From positions 1 through 56,878 of the IMG/VR virus record IMGVR_UViG_3300044984_001322: a stretch of DNA of 56,878 nt; one strand, given 5' to 3'. Below are positions 1-7,210 of the stretch, piece by piece. The translations under genes were made by a program, and so were the position numbers. The notes under the pieces are model-generated. The model was not told the DNA's origin and made no database searches. It saw only the letters and a program-made list of their open reading frames with translations. This DNA comes from a virus (taxonomy: Duplodnaviria > Caudoviricetes). The first letter of the stretch is position 1; every line of letters begins with the position of its first letter.

Positions 1-96
1 CAGTCATTTGCTTTTGTCCTTATCTCCAGCCCACGGGCATCCAGTGCAGCGCGGAAGTCATCAGCATCGGGCATAAACCCGCCAAAATCTTTCAGC
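1..96. repeat. Terminal direct repeat (circular assembly overlap), identical to 56783-56878
   Basis: Bases 1-96 match 56783-56878 exactly; a minus-strand ORF needs the circular join to complete its stop codon. Confidence 0.95.
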
Positions 97-230
97 ACTT
101 TCGTCAGCGGGTCATTCTCAGCGCGTTCTTCCGCCAAGTCGTGTTCCAGCATCATCACCTTGGCTTCCAATGCCAGCAACGCAGCGCGGACAGGGCCAGA
201 CGTTCCTTCAGCCAGTTCTTTAATGTTCAT
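1..230 (-). CDS. Hypothetical protein (76 aa, MNIKELAEG...GLEIRTKAND); stop codon spans the circular junction
   Basis: Manual translation; ATG overlaps the upstream TGA; TGA is completed by base 56782; next ORF (56580-56789) overlaps its end. Confidence 0.7.
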   Translation of the reverse strand, partial: MNIKELAEGTSGPVRAALLALEAKVMMLEHDLAEERAENDPLTKVLKDFGGFMPDADDFRAALDARGLEIRTKAND

Positions 231-373
231 GTGCTTTGATCCCGCCGACTCACACGCTTGCGGACAGGGGATAGAGATTGGCGGCGCTGTGCCTCTGCGA
301 AGGTGAGACCCTCAGCATTCCGAAGGGGCCATACATCGTCTCTTGATCTGCGTGTTTGTGCTTGATTGTTCAT
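227..373 (-). CDS. Small hypothetical protein (48 aa, MNNQAQTRRSRDDVWPLRNAEGLTFAEAQ...)
   Basis: Manual translation; GGAGG RBS upstream; ATGA coupling to next gene. Confidence 0.55.
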   Translation of the reverse strand: MNNQAQTRRSRDDVWPLRNAEGLTFAEAQRRQSLSPVRKRVSRRDQST

Positions 374-528
374 TTTTGTACCCTCCAAATTAAAATTTAA
401 TGCTTGATAAAACGTAGGCTATGTTCCTGCATTGTTCCAGCTTTTTATGCCTAAAAAATAAGGGAAAAGCTGTGATTTTGGGCAGTCTGTATAGGTGCCA
501 CTGCTTGGTGAACATACGAAGAACAGAA

Positions 529-562
529 TGTGCGGATTTTGTGCAGGAATTGTGCAGGAATT
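529..562. repeat. Putative integrase arm-type sites (TGTGCGGATTT TGTGCAGGAAT TGTGCAGGAAT)
   Basis: Tandem 11-bp repeats; a related set lies at 721-757 on the other side of the tRNA-derived core. Confidence 0.65.
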
Positions 563-637
563 GATGTTTGTTCCCGCCCTGTTCCGCTTTAGGGCATAGC
601 GCAGAATCTGCGTATGTTGTTGAAATGTATGGAGTTT

Positions 638-690
638 TGGCGCGCCCTACAGGAGTCGAACCTGTGGCCTCAAGATTAGAAGTCTCGCGC
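638..690 (-). other. attP core: 3' portion of tRNA-Arg(UCU)
   Basis: Minus strand GCGCGAGACTTCTAATCTTGAGGCCACAGGTTCGACTCCTGTAGGGCGCGCCA: anticodon arm with TCT, T-arm GGTTCGACTCC, CCA end; 5' half absent; directly downstream of integrase. Confidence 0.9.
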
Positions 691-706
691 AAACCCGCAC
701 AAATGC

Positions 707-1741
707 TCATGTCTCACCCATTTTGTGCGAGTTTTGTGCAGGAATATTCTCAGGAACTATTCTTCCGGCGCGATCAAAAACAGTCATGACATCCTCTGCC
801 TCAACGTGGGCGTAGCGCATGGTGGTCTTGATATCCGCATGGCCTAACGCACGCTGCAATTCTGGAAGGCTTGCACCTTTCATGAGGGCGTGAGTAGCAA
901 ACGTGTGGCGTAGATCGTGGAAGTGGAAATCGTGCATGTCGGCTCTTCTTAGGGCTGCTTCCCAAAGCTTTCTAAAGTTGACCACATCGAACACCCGATC
1001 CTTTGGTTCGCCTACTGGCAAAGTCGATAGCGCCGTCATCAGTGGTGCTGCTATTCGCGTGACCAGTGGCTTGCGACCCTTGGTGCGTGGGATGATGATC
1101 GTCCGCCCGACCATGTCTACTTGATACCATTCCAACTTAAGGACGTTCGCCTTACGAAGGCCAAGACTAACCGCCGCCACAATGATAGGCCGGATGCGTG
1201 GATTGGCTGCTTCTAATAGAACGCCAAGATCAGGTTCACTTGCATAGCGCACCCTTCCCTCATTCTCTTGGACGCGAATGGTTGTCCAATCGATTGATGG
1301 GATGTCGGCTTTGTAGACACGATTAGCGTACCGCATGGCGGCGCGAAGCATGGAGAAATGCCGATTGATAGTGACCAGTGAGATGTCCTTCTTACTGGAG
1401 CTACGAAGCTGCGCGGAAAAGGAAACAAGACTGCGCTCGTTGACCGACATGATGCTTGTGTTCTTTCCCATGATATCCATGAACCTTCGAAAGTAACGGT
1501 CAGTGGCATCACCGCTGTCTAGGTTCCTGCCCTTGTCTTTCCAGTAAACATCTATGACATCACCCAAGCGCCACTGTGCGCCTAGCGGCTCCGCCTTCGC
1601 GCTTTCCTCTGCGATAATCCGAAGCGCAGCCTCTTTAGCTGCGCGTGGCTTGGTTTCTCTGGTACTTTGCCGAAGCAATCGACCATTCACGGTTTCCGTA
1701 AACCAGAGATAAGGTGACCCTTCGCGGGTATAGATTTTCAT
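707..1741 (-). CDS. int: Tyrosine integrase (N-terminal arm-binding region plus catalytic domain)
   Basis: LGLRKANV, HFHDLRHTFAT, LGHADIKTTMRY motifs (R-HxxR-H-Y); adjacent attP. Confidence 0.95.
   Translation of the reverse strand: MKIYTREGSPYLWFTETVNGRLLRQSTRETKPRAAKEAALRIIAEESAKAEPLGAQWRLGDVIDVYWKDKGRNLDSGDATDRYFRRFMDIMGKNTSIMSVNERSLVSFSAQLRSSSKKDISLVTINRHFSMLRAAMRYANRVYKADIPSIDWTTIRVQENEGRVRYASEPDLGVLLEAANPRIRPIIVAAVSLGLRKANVLKLEWYQVDMVGRTIIIPRTKGRKPLVTRIAAPLMTALSTLPVGEPKDRVFDVVNFRKLWEAALRRADMHDFHFHDLRHTFATHALMKGASLPELQRALGHADIKTTMRYAHVEAEDVMTVFDRAGRIVPENIPAQNSHKMGET
721..757. repeat. Putative integrase arm-type sites (TTTTGTGCGAG TTTTGTGCAGGAAT ATTCTCAGGAAC), inside the int 3' end
   Basis: Same TTGTGCAGGAAT motif as 529-562. 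Confidence 0.6.
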
Positions 1742-1774
1742 TGTGCGCTGCTTTCCATAGAGCGTTAGGCATCT

Positions 1775-2074
1775 TTACGCCGCCTTAGCGACTGCATAAT
1801 CCCACTCTTCGTCGGAGACAACTACCCCACGGCCAATGATCTCCGGCTCACGCTCCCACTCAGCTTCGAACTCTAGCTGCTCCAGTGTTCCGGCTGGTTC
1901 GTCATCGAACCGCACGATCTCTGCCAACAGTTCCATGTACAGATCATGATCGATCTGTGGGCGGTCACGAAAGTGCGCAGCGTACCCATTGGCAGCGCGG
2001 TTAACGTTCCAATTGTAGATTGCATCGTTGATGGCGCGAAGGCCAGCGATAGCTGCTTCCATTTCTTTTCTCAT
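1775..2074 (-). CDS. Hypothetical early protein
   Basis: 99-aa ORF, ATGA overlap with upstream gene, GGAG RBS. Confidence 0.75.
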   Translation of the reverse strand: MRKEMEAAIAGLRAINDAIYNWNVNRAANGYAAHFRDRPQIDHDLYMELLAEIVRFDDEPAGTLEQLEFEAEWEREPEIIGRGVVVSDEEWDYAVAKAA

Positions 2075-2259
2075 GTCCGGTTCTCCTTTATGATGCCGCG
2101 CTCAATCAAATCAGCGGCGGTGCGTCCGAAGAAGCCTTGCAACTCATAGGCAAGACCAGTGTCATGCAAGTGCTGCCACGCTTCGACGGTGGTGTCATAG
2201 TCAGCATCCTCAGAGCCTTCAGCAATCGAAACGGCTCTGTAGTTATCCATTTCAGCCAT
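2071..2259 (-). CDS. Small phage protein (AWQHLHDTGLAYELQGFFGRTA)
   Basis: RBS AAGGAG; resembles a widespread small phage protein family (from memory). Confidence 0.8.
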   Translation of the reverse strand: MAEMDNYRAVSIAEGSEDADYDTTVEAWQHLHDTGLAYELQGFFGRTAADLIERGIIKENRT

Positions 2260-2272
2260 TCACTTTCTCCTT

Positions 2273-2323
2273 CTGATTTCATCTGCGCGGCGGAGTCGAA
2301 ACCCCGCCGTCTAGTGATGTCAG
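2273..2323 (-). ncRNA. Conserved junction hairpin, copy A (unassigned RNA motif)
   Basis: CTGA CA TCA CT AGA CGGCGGGG TTTCGA CTCCGCCG CGC AG A TGA AA TCAG; includes the stop codon of the upstream gene. Confidence 0.75.
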
Positions 2324-2625
2324 GCGAACACCCATTCCGTTGGGTATTGGCGGTGGTTTTTAAGCTGCCACTTTTGCAGCACTGGTTCGCCATCATCATC
2401 CTCATCGACTGCGATGTAGGCGACAGTCTTCAGCACCCGTGCGTAGCGGATGCGGTCAGCGACATAGACGATGTGCGGACAGTCAGGGGCGAAGTCGACG
2501 CCTTCGTCTGGCCGGATGGCGTACTCAAACGTGTGGCCGTAGTCGGCCTCAACGAAGCTGCCCAAGATCAGCGGCAGCACTGCGCCGTTGCGAATGTCGG
2601 TGTTGGTATGCGGTGCAAAGCCCAT
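2320..2625 (-). CDS. Hypothetical phage protein (ARVLKTVAYIAVDED motif)
   Basis: 101-aa ORF with AAGGAG RBS. Confidence 0.8.
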   Translation of the reverse strand: MGFAPHTNTDIRNGAVLPLILGSFVEADYGHTFEYAIRPDEGVDFAPDCPHIVYVADRIRYARVLKTVAYIAVDEDDDGEPVLQKWQLKNHRQYPTEWVFA

Positions 2626-2661
2626 GCGCTTTCTCCTTGGAGGCTTGATTGCCTGTCTGCT

Positions 2662-2690
2662 CCACTATCTTATGTATTCTTATGCGTCAA
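2662..2690 (-). promoter_or_regulatory. Putative sigma70-type leftward promoter TTGACG-N17-TAGTGG
   Basis: Near-consensus -35, 17-bp spacer, AT-rich context ahead of the 2625 gene; -10 weak. Confidence 0.5.
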
Positions 2691-2789
2691 CATGCAAAGC
2701 ACATATAATGTTATGTACCGTGACGTAAATGATTAACACAGAACAAAATGCGAACAAAGTTATTTTGCTATCGCGCCGGAGGACGCAAA

Positions 2790-3080
2790 ATGATAAGGCA
2801 TGACAACGCAAACTTAGAAAGAACCGCCGTGGATTTACCAGCCATCGATCACCGCCTTGGGCGGATCGAAGACGAGATGAAATCAATAGCGGAAGCTATG
2901 CGCTTGCTGTCGCGGGTGGACGAACGTCTGCACCGCCATCGCGAAGACATCGACGACCACGAAGACCGTCTAAGGTTGCTTGAAAAGACAGCGACGAACC
3001 AGAGCGGTGCGCTCAAGATGGTAGAGCGTGGAATCTGGTTAGTGGTGACGGTGGGCTTGGCCCTAGTCCAGTTCGCCTAA
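2790..3080 (+). CDS. Coiled-coil protein with C-terminal TM helix (XhlA/holin-like)
   Basis: GGAGG RBS; heptad-rich region then GIWLVVTVGLALVQFA. Confidence 0.7.
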   Translation: MIRHDNANLERTAVDLPAIDHRLGRIEDEMKSIAEAMRLLSRVDERLHRHREDIDDHEDRLRLLEKTATNQSGALKMVERGIWLVVTVGLALVQFA

Positions 3081-3100
3081 AAAATCGGCGGGAAAACCAA

Positions 3101-3133
3101 AGGGGCCGCGATCCACACCGCAGCCCCTCTGTT
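3101..3133. terminator. Hairpin between convergent genes, likely bidirectional terminator
   Basis: AGGGGCCGCG-loop-CGCAGCCCCT; T-rich tail on the minus strand. Confidence 0.6.
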
Positions 3134-3135
3134 AA

Positions 3136-3477
3136 TCATTCTGGATAGAAGCACAGATCGAAGCTGTAGTAGGGTTCAGCGAAGACGCCAACCTGACACA
3201 GCGCATCACTGGCAACGATAGCCCACTCAAAGGGGCCAGCCTCATACGACACGCGCCAGCCGCCACGTTCCTTTCGAGCAAAGCATTCAATGTCAGGGCT
3301 GTGTCCGGTGTCGCTTGCACATTGGCGCAGTACCTCAAGCACAGCGTGAGCGCGTCCCTTGGCTGACTTTCGTGTGACCGCTGCCTTTGCTATCCTCTCA
3401 GATAGATCAGATGCGCCATAGCCGTAGTAGTGGCCTTCATTCTTTCGTGCGTAATCAAGATTGATATCCATAATCAT
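3136..3477 (-). CDS. Hypothetical early protein
   Basis: ORF with AGGAG RBS immediately after hammerhead HH1. Confidence 0.8.
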   Translation of the reverse strand: MIMDINLDYARKNEGHYYGYGASDLSERIAKAAVTRKSAKGRAHAVLEVLRQCASDTGHSPDIECFARKERGGWRVSYEAGPFEWAIVASDALCQVGVFAEPYYSFDLCFYPE

Positions 3478-3490
3478 TCTCCTGTGGTCT

Positions 3491-3543
3491 GTCTCATCAG
3501 TGGCGGTAAACCAACCCCGCCAGACGCCCGAAGGCGTTTCGAC
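3491..3543 (-). ncRNA. Type II hammerhead ribozyme HH1
   Basis: GTC GAAA CGCC TTCG GGCG TC^ TGGCGG [GGTTGGTTTA] CCGCCA CTGATGA GAC; full core; loop TGGTTT can pair with 3' tail AGACCA; predicted cut 3523/3522. Confidence 0.93.
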
Positions 3544-3881
3544 TATTTTACTTTCTCTTGAGCCTCACACAGTGCGAGTGATGCTAGGTGCAGCTTGTGC
3601 GGCAGGGCCAGCTTGTCCCATGCGTCTTGGATGGCGACTGAGTACTCAGTGTAGTTGCGTGGTTCAGTCCGCTGCGCCGGAGCAGTCTGCTCTTGGGGCG
3701 GGGCGGAAACAACCTGAGACACCGAACCACCTACATGATGACGGTTAAGGAATGCCAGTAGACCAGCCTTATCAACTGGAACCTCTGCCTCTTTCCATGT
3801 GGTGGCGTTATCCCTAGCATGCGCCTTCGCGTCAGCCTGAGTGCCTGTCCAGACGCCGTCCGGTGATTGATACAGCTTCAT
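3543..3881 (-). CDS. Hypothetical early protein
   Basis: 112-aa ORF; TAG stop overlaps HH1 stem II. Confidence 0.8.
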   Translation of the reverse strand: MKLYQSPDGVWTGTQADAKAHARDNATTWKEAEVPVDKAGLLAFLNRHHVGGSVSQVVSAPPQEQTAPAQRTEPRNYTEYSVAIQDAWDKLALPHKLHLASLALCEAQEKVK

Positions 3882-4135
3882 GCCGCCTCTCCCCTCTGGA
3901 TTAAGAGCGCCTCTTCAAACAACTCTTCGCGCAATTCATGTAAGACACTAATGCGGTCATGTTGGACTTGGCGGTCAATCATGCACTGCCTCAAATCGCT
4001 TGGGTAATCACGGCCATTTGGCATCGCTTCCCTCAACAGTGTGATGGCATCGTGCAATGCGTCTACGGCTGCACGGCGTGGCTTGATCAGGTCATCCCTG
4101 CTTGAGCCGTTTATATTGATAACGGGCTTGATCAT
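3878..4135 (-). CDS. Hypothetical early protein (PVINING S...PNGRDY)
   Basis: ATGA-coupled ORF with RBS. Confidence 0.8.
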   Translation of the reverse strand: MIKPVININGSSRDDLIKPRRAAVDALHDAITLLREAMPNGRDYPSDLRQCMIDRQVQHDRISVLHELREELFEEALLIQRGEAA

Positions 4136-4329
4136 GCTGCCTCTCCTTCTGCTTTAGAGACTGCATCCCATGCGGCATCCAATGCGGCTCTGAAACTGTC
4201 CGTTCGATACTCTGAGGGCATGTCTTCGTCAGCCTCACAAGCCAGCCATTTCAGGACTTCCAGCAAGTCAGGTGCTGCCGCCATTAGGTTCGCATCTATG
4301 TTGATGCGGGTGTCTATATTCTGTGTCAT
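4132..4329 (-). CDS. Small phage protein with ANLMAAAPDLLE motif
   Basis: Motif common in small phage early proteins; AAGGAAG RBS. Confidence 0.8.
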   Translation of the reverse strand: MTQNIDTRINIDANLMAAAPDLLEVLKWLACEADEDMPSEYRTDSFRAALDAAWDAVSKAEGEAA

Positions 4330-4352
4330 TTCGCTTCCTTTCGCTTTGACCT

Positions 4353-4405
4353 ATCTCATCAGTGACGGCTGGTCAGAACCGTCAGACCCCCGAAGGGGTT
4401 TCGAC
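4353..4405 (-). ncRNA. Type II hammerhead ribozyme HH2
   Basis: GTC GAAA CCCC TTCG GGGG TC^ TGACGG [TTCTGACCAG] CCGTCA CTGATGA GAT; loop TGACC pairs with tail GGTCA; predicted cut 4385/4384. Confidence 0.93.
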
Positions 4406-4407
4406 TA

Positions 4408-4444
4408 GCGGCGGAGCGTGAACCCCGCCGTCCGTTGGTACTAG
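4408..4444 (-). ncRNA. Truncated junction hairpin fused to HH2
   Basis: GGA CGGCGGGG TTCACG CTCCGCCG C is identical to the top of the 6697-6747 copy; lower 3' strand replaced by the hammerhead. Confidence 0.65.
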
Positions 4445-4639
4445 TTAAGAAAAGTCGGATGAGAGGTTGCGGATAAAGTCGAACGCAAACTTGCGCTCGT
4501 TAAAAGACAGCGCCTCATTGTCACCGCGCTCCCGATAGCCGTTGGTCGCCCATTCGGCATCGCCGCCAGTGCGGACTTCACTATAGTCAAGGTCGCCAGC
4601 AAGCGCGGCGGCATATATGTAATTTTCACGGTCAGTCAT
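4445..4639 (-). CDS. Hypothetical early protein
   Basis: 64-aa ORF, AAGGT RBS, fits operon spacing. Confidence 0.6.
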   Translation of the reverse strand: MTDRENYIYAAALAGDLDYSEVRTGGDAEWATNGYRERGDNEALSFNERKFAFDFIRNLSSDFS

Positions 4640-4649
4640 GACATACCTT

Positions 4650-5057
4650 TCAAACGTTCAGTGTGTCGGTTTGGAGGACAAAAACGATCTCAGTGTCATT
4701 GTCGCAATAAGTGCGGCCACCCAAAAGCTGCGGCCTTCCGGCGTAGTAGTTGCCACAGCAATCATGTTCATGCTGGCAGTATTCAGCTTCGATCCAGTAG
4801 TTCATCGCCTCCTTCACCTGTGCCTCAGTGGCATCGCGTGGTACTTTCCAAGCCGTGACCCTGTGGACGGTTTCCCCGTCGATCTCGACGCGAAGGGGGA
4901 GAGAGGCAGAGACCTGATCAAAGCTGATCATCTCATCCTCTTCCTCTTCATCAGCCGGACAGTCTTGCTGCCAGTGGTGGCTTCCGAAGCAACGGTCACA
5001 GAAGTGATCGTCGGCGCTCTCAGTGTGCGGTTCATACGTGTGGTGATTTTCTCTCAT
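4650..5057 (-). CDS. Hypothetical Cys/His-rich acidic protein (CxxC, CQHEHDCCG)
   Basis: AAGGAG RBS right after HH3. Confidence 0.8.
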   Translation of the reverse strand: MRENHHTYEPHTESADDHFCDRCFGSHHWQQDCPADEEEEDEMISFDQVSASLPLRVEIDGETVHRVTAWKVPRDATEAQVKEAMNYWIEAEYCQHEHDCCGNYYAGRPQLLGGRTYCDNDTEIVFVLQTDTLNV

Positions 5058-5078
5058 GTCAGTCTCCTTAAATGACCT

Positions 5079-5134
5079 GTCTCATCAGTAGCTGGGGGTC
5101 AGCCCAAGCTAGACGGCCCGAAGGCCGTTTCGAC
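5079..5134 (-). ncRNA. Type II hammerhead ribozyme HH3
   Basis: GTC GAAA CGGCC TTCG GGCCG TC^ TAGCT [TGGGCTGACCCCC] AGCTA CTGATGA GAC; loop TGACC pairs with tail GGTCA; predicted cut 5112/5111. Confidence 0.93.
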
Positions 5135-5517
5135 TATGCGGTTGTCTCCATCTTATCGATCATTGGCTCCAGTCGATCATAGACTGATTGGCAGTACTCG
5201 TTGTCGGTGTAGTCTCCGATAACGTCATAGCCATCATTGCCGTAGGTCAGTTGGAACCAACCCAGCCGCTTGTTGTCCAAGTCCCTGACCACCAGTTCAT
5301 CACCGTCAGTCGTGAACAATGCATGGCGGATCAGTTTTTCGTCGCGGGAACTTTTGACCGTCCACTCTTCGCTGTCAAAGACCGACAGCGCGTGACCATC
5401 GGCCAACACCTGTTTGACCAGCGCAAAACATATGCGGCGCTCGATCATGATGCGCTTGGCAAGTTTACGCTCGCCGCGCTCAATGGCCTGATCTGCGTAC
5501 TTTTTGAATTCATCCAT
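5134..5517 (-). CDS. Hypothetical early protein (YGNDGYDVIGDY)
   Basis: ORF with GGAG RBS; stop overlaps HH3. Confidence 0.8.
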   Translation of the reverse strand: MDEFKKYADQAIERGERKLAKRIMIERRICFALVKQVLADGHALSVFDSEEWTVKSSRDEKLIRHALFTTDGDELVVRDLDNKRLGWFQLTYGNDGYDVIGDYTDNEYCQSVYDRLEPMIDKMETTA

Positions 5518-5528
5518 AACTGCTCTCC

Positions 5529-5702
5529 TCAAAAGATTGGTTCGATCCGCTCACATGCGGGAAAGTCGCTCTCATACTTAGCGAACATTGGGTGACTTGC
5601 GCCCTTGCAGCCGTAGCCAATAAGGCGGGGCTGGATGACGATAAGGCTGAAGCCGATCAGAATGATCAGACCAGCACAGAAGGTCTTAACTGCATCTTTC
5701 AT
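5529..5702 (-). CDS. Small membrane protein
   Basis: GGAG RBS; N-terminal hydrophobic helix. Confidence 0.6.
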   Translation of the reverse strand: MKDAVKTFCAGLIILIGFSLIVIQPRLIGYGCKGASHPMFAKYESDFPACERIEPIF

Positions 5703-5734
5703 GTCAATCTCCATAAGTGACATTTCGTGGTTGG

Positions 5735-5783
5735 CTGACGCCATCCTCGCCGTGGAGCGAACCCCACGGTCTGGTAGTGTCAG
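5735..5783 (-). ncRNA. Conserved junction hairpin, copy B
   Basis: CTGA CA CTA CC AGA CCGTGGGG TTCG CTCCACGG CGA GG A TGG CG TCAG, 1 nt after the ardC stop. Confidence 0.75.
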
Positions 5784-5784
5784 G

Positions 5785-6666
5785 TCATGCAGCCATCGCC
5801 TGTGGCTGCGCAGCGTTGACCAGATAGTCGACCGCCTTTGTCGCGGCGCTGGCGGCTGACACGAACTCGCGCTTGTGGTCAGACAGCTTTTTCATCCATC
5901 CGTTGAGGTACTTCGCATGATCTGCGCGGGGTGATGCGCTGATGTCCAACGTGGCGCACAGGAACGCCGCACCTAGCTCTGCGACCAGTTCCTCACGGGC
6001 GTAGTCTTCGCTGCCGAAGCCGTTTGCCAGATCACGATCCAAGCGGCTCTTGTGGCCTGTCCAGTGAACCAGTTCGTGGGCCAGTGTGCTGTAAAAGCAC
6101 TCTGAGGCGGTGGACGTTGGTGTCGCCTCAAACACGCCCTTGTTTGGCATGTGGACGCGATCCGTCGATGGGCTGTAGTACGCCTTGCCGACATCTGAAT
6201 AAGTGACGGCGGCAGGGATGTGGCGGAAAAAGTCTTCGGCGGTCACGATCTCAGTCGCACCATCATCATTGGTGGCTGGTGACTGTATCGCCTCTGCAAT
6301 GTCGCCATCCACTTGATCCGCATTGAACACAAAGTACGTGCGCAGCATTGGGATGCTGACATCGTTGCCAGCCTCATCCTTCTTTTTGAAGAACTGCCAG
6401 AACAGTATCTGCGTGGACTTTTCGCCCTTCCGGACTTGGCACTTGCGCTCTGCCCACTGCTTGTATGTACCCCATGTCGCTGAGGTGTGACCGCTCCATC
6501 CCAACAGAATGATGTTGATGCCGCGATACGCTTTTTTGCTGGCGATGTTGCGGGGCGATCCGCCCTGACCCTTGCGGGAGAACGGGTTGATCCAATCAGA
6601 CCCGTGGGTCTCCATCATTTCCAGAACACGCTCTGTGACCTGTGCGTATATGTCGATTTTAGCCAT
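5785..6666 (-). CDS. ardC: ArdC-family antirestriction/ssDNA-binding protein with zincin-like metallopeptidase domain
   Basis: YRGINIILL, WGTYKQW, VFNADQ, HELVHWTGH, YAREELVAELGAAFL motifs. Confidence 0.92.
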   Translation of the reverse strand: MAKIDIYAQVTERVLEMMETHGSDWINPFSRKGQGGSPRNIASKKAYRGINIILLGWSGHTSATWGTYKQWAERKCQVRKGEKSTQILFWQFFKKKDEAGNDVSIPMLRTYFVFNADQVDGDIAEAIQSPATNDDGATEIVTAEDFFRHIPAAVTYSDVGKAYYSPSTDRVHMPNKGVFEATPTSTASECFYSTLAHELVHWTGHKSRLDRDLANGFGSEDYAREELVAELGAAFLCATLDISASPRADHAKYLNGWMKKLSDHKREFVSAASAATKAVDYLVNAAQPQAMAA

Positions 6667-6696
6667 TTCGTTTCCTTTCGTTTTGACTGTTGTTGG

Positions 6697-6747
6697 CTGA
6701 CGCCATTCTCGCGGCGGAGCGTGAACCCCGCCGTCCGATAGTGTCAG
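6697..6747 (-). ncRNA. Conserved junction hairpin, copy C
   Basis: CTGA CA CTA TC GGA CGGCGGGG TTCACG CTCCGCCG CGA GA A TGG CG TCAG, directly after the TAA stop. Confidence 0.75.
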
Positions 6748-7134
6748 TTAGTGGTGGCGCTCGTTAACGAGATCACACTCCCAGCTTTCGATGATCCGCT
6801 TGCGCCATGCGGCTGGCTTTTCGTCCGTCACGTTCGTCGTGAGACCAATGTGCTGGCGGATGTCTTCAAGCGTGTAGGGATCGTCAACGAACTTGCCGCT
6901 GTCGCCCTTCTTGATCCGCACAGCGCCGCGAAGGCGTTCGAACAGTGCGACCCGCTTGTAGAATTCTTTGTAGTTGCTTTCGGTGATCCGGCCAAAGCCC
7001 ACCACCATCGTGGTGAAGATCAGCAATTCAGTGGACTGCGTCAGGCGGCGCTGAGGCTCACCGTTCTCTTCATAGTGATAGAAGCAGACCGTGTTGCTGT
7101 CCGCGATGTTCGAAACGTTCCAATTCAGTGACAT
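6748..7134 (-). CDS. Hypothetical early protein (MSLNWNV...HIGLTTNV)
   Basis: GGAAGGA RBS before ATG 7134. Confidence 0.8.
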   Translation of the reverse strand: MSLNWNVSNIADSNTVCFYHYEENGEPQRRLTQSTELLIFTTMVVGFGRITESNYKEFYKRVALFERLRGAVRIKKGDSGKFVDDPYTLEDIRQHIGLTTNVTDEKPAAWRKRIIESWECDLVNERHH

Positions 7135-7157
7135 GTAGTTTTCCTTCCATTGTGGCA

Positions 7158-7210
7158 CTAGCGCCATAAGTGCCGCGCAGTGGTGAGGTGCGCGGCTGAT
7201 ATGGGGTTAG
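7158..7210 (-). ncRNA. Divergent junction hairpin
   Basis: CTAA CC CCA TA TCA GCCGCGCA loop TGCGCGGC ACT TA TGG CG CTAG; same size and position as the family, different internal loop. Confidence 0.45.

Noticed and set aside
1-96. Physical terminal repeat of the virion DNA
   Set aside because: It falls mid-operon inside coding sequence and is better explained as assembler overlap
638-690. Functional tRNA gene
   Set aside because: The 5' acceptor strand and D-arm are missing; it fits an attP core
390-789. ORFs 390-710 (-) and 568-789 (+)
   Set aside because: They overlap attP and the arm repeats and have no coding features
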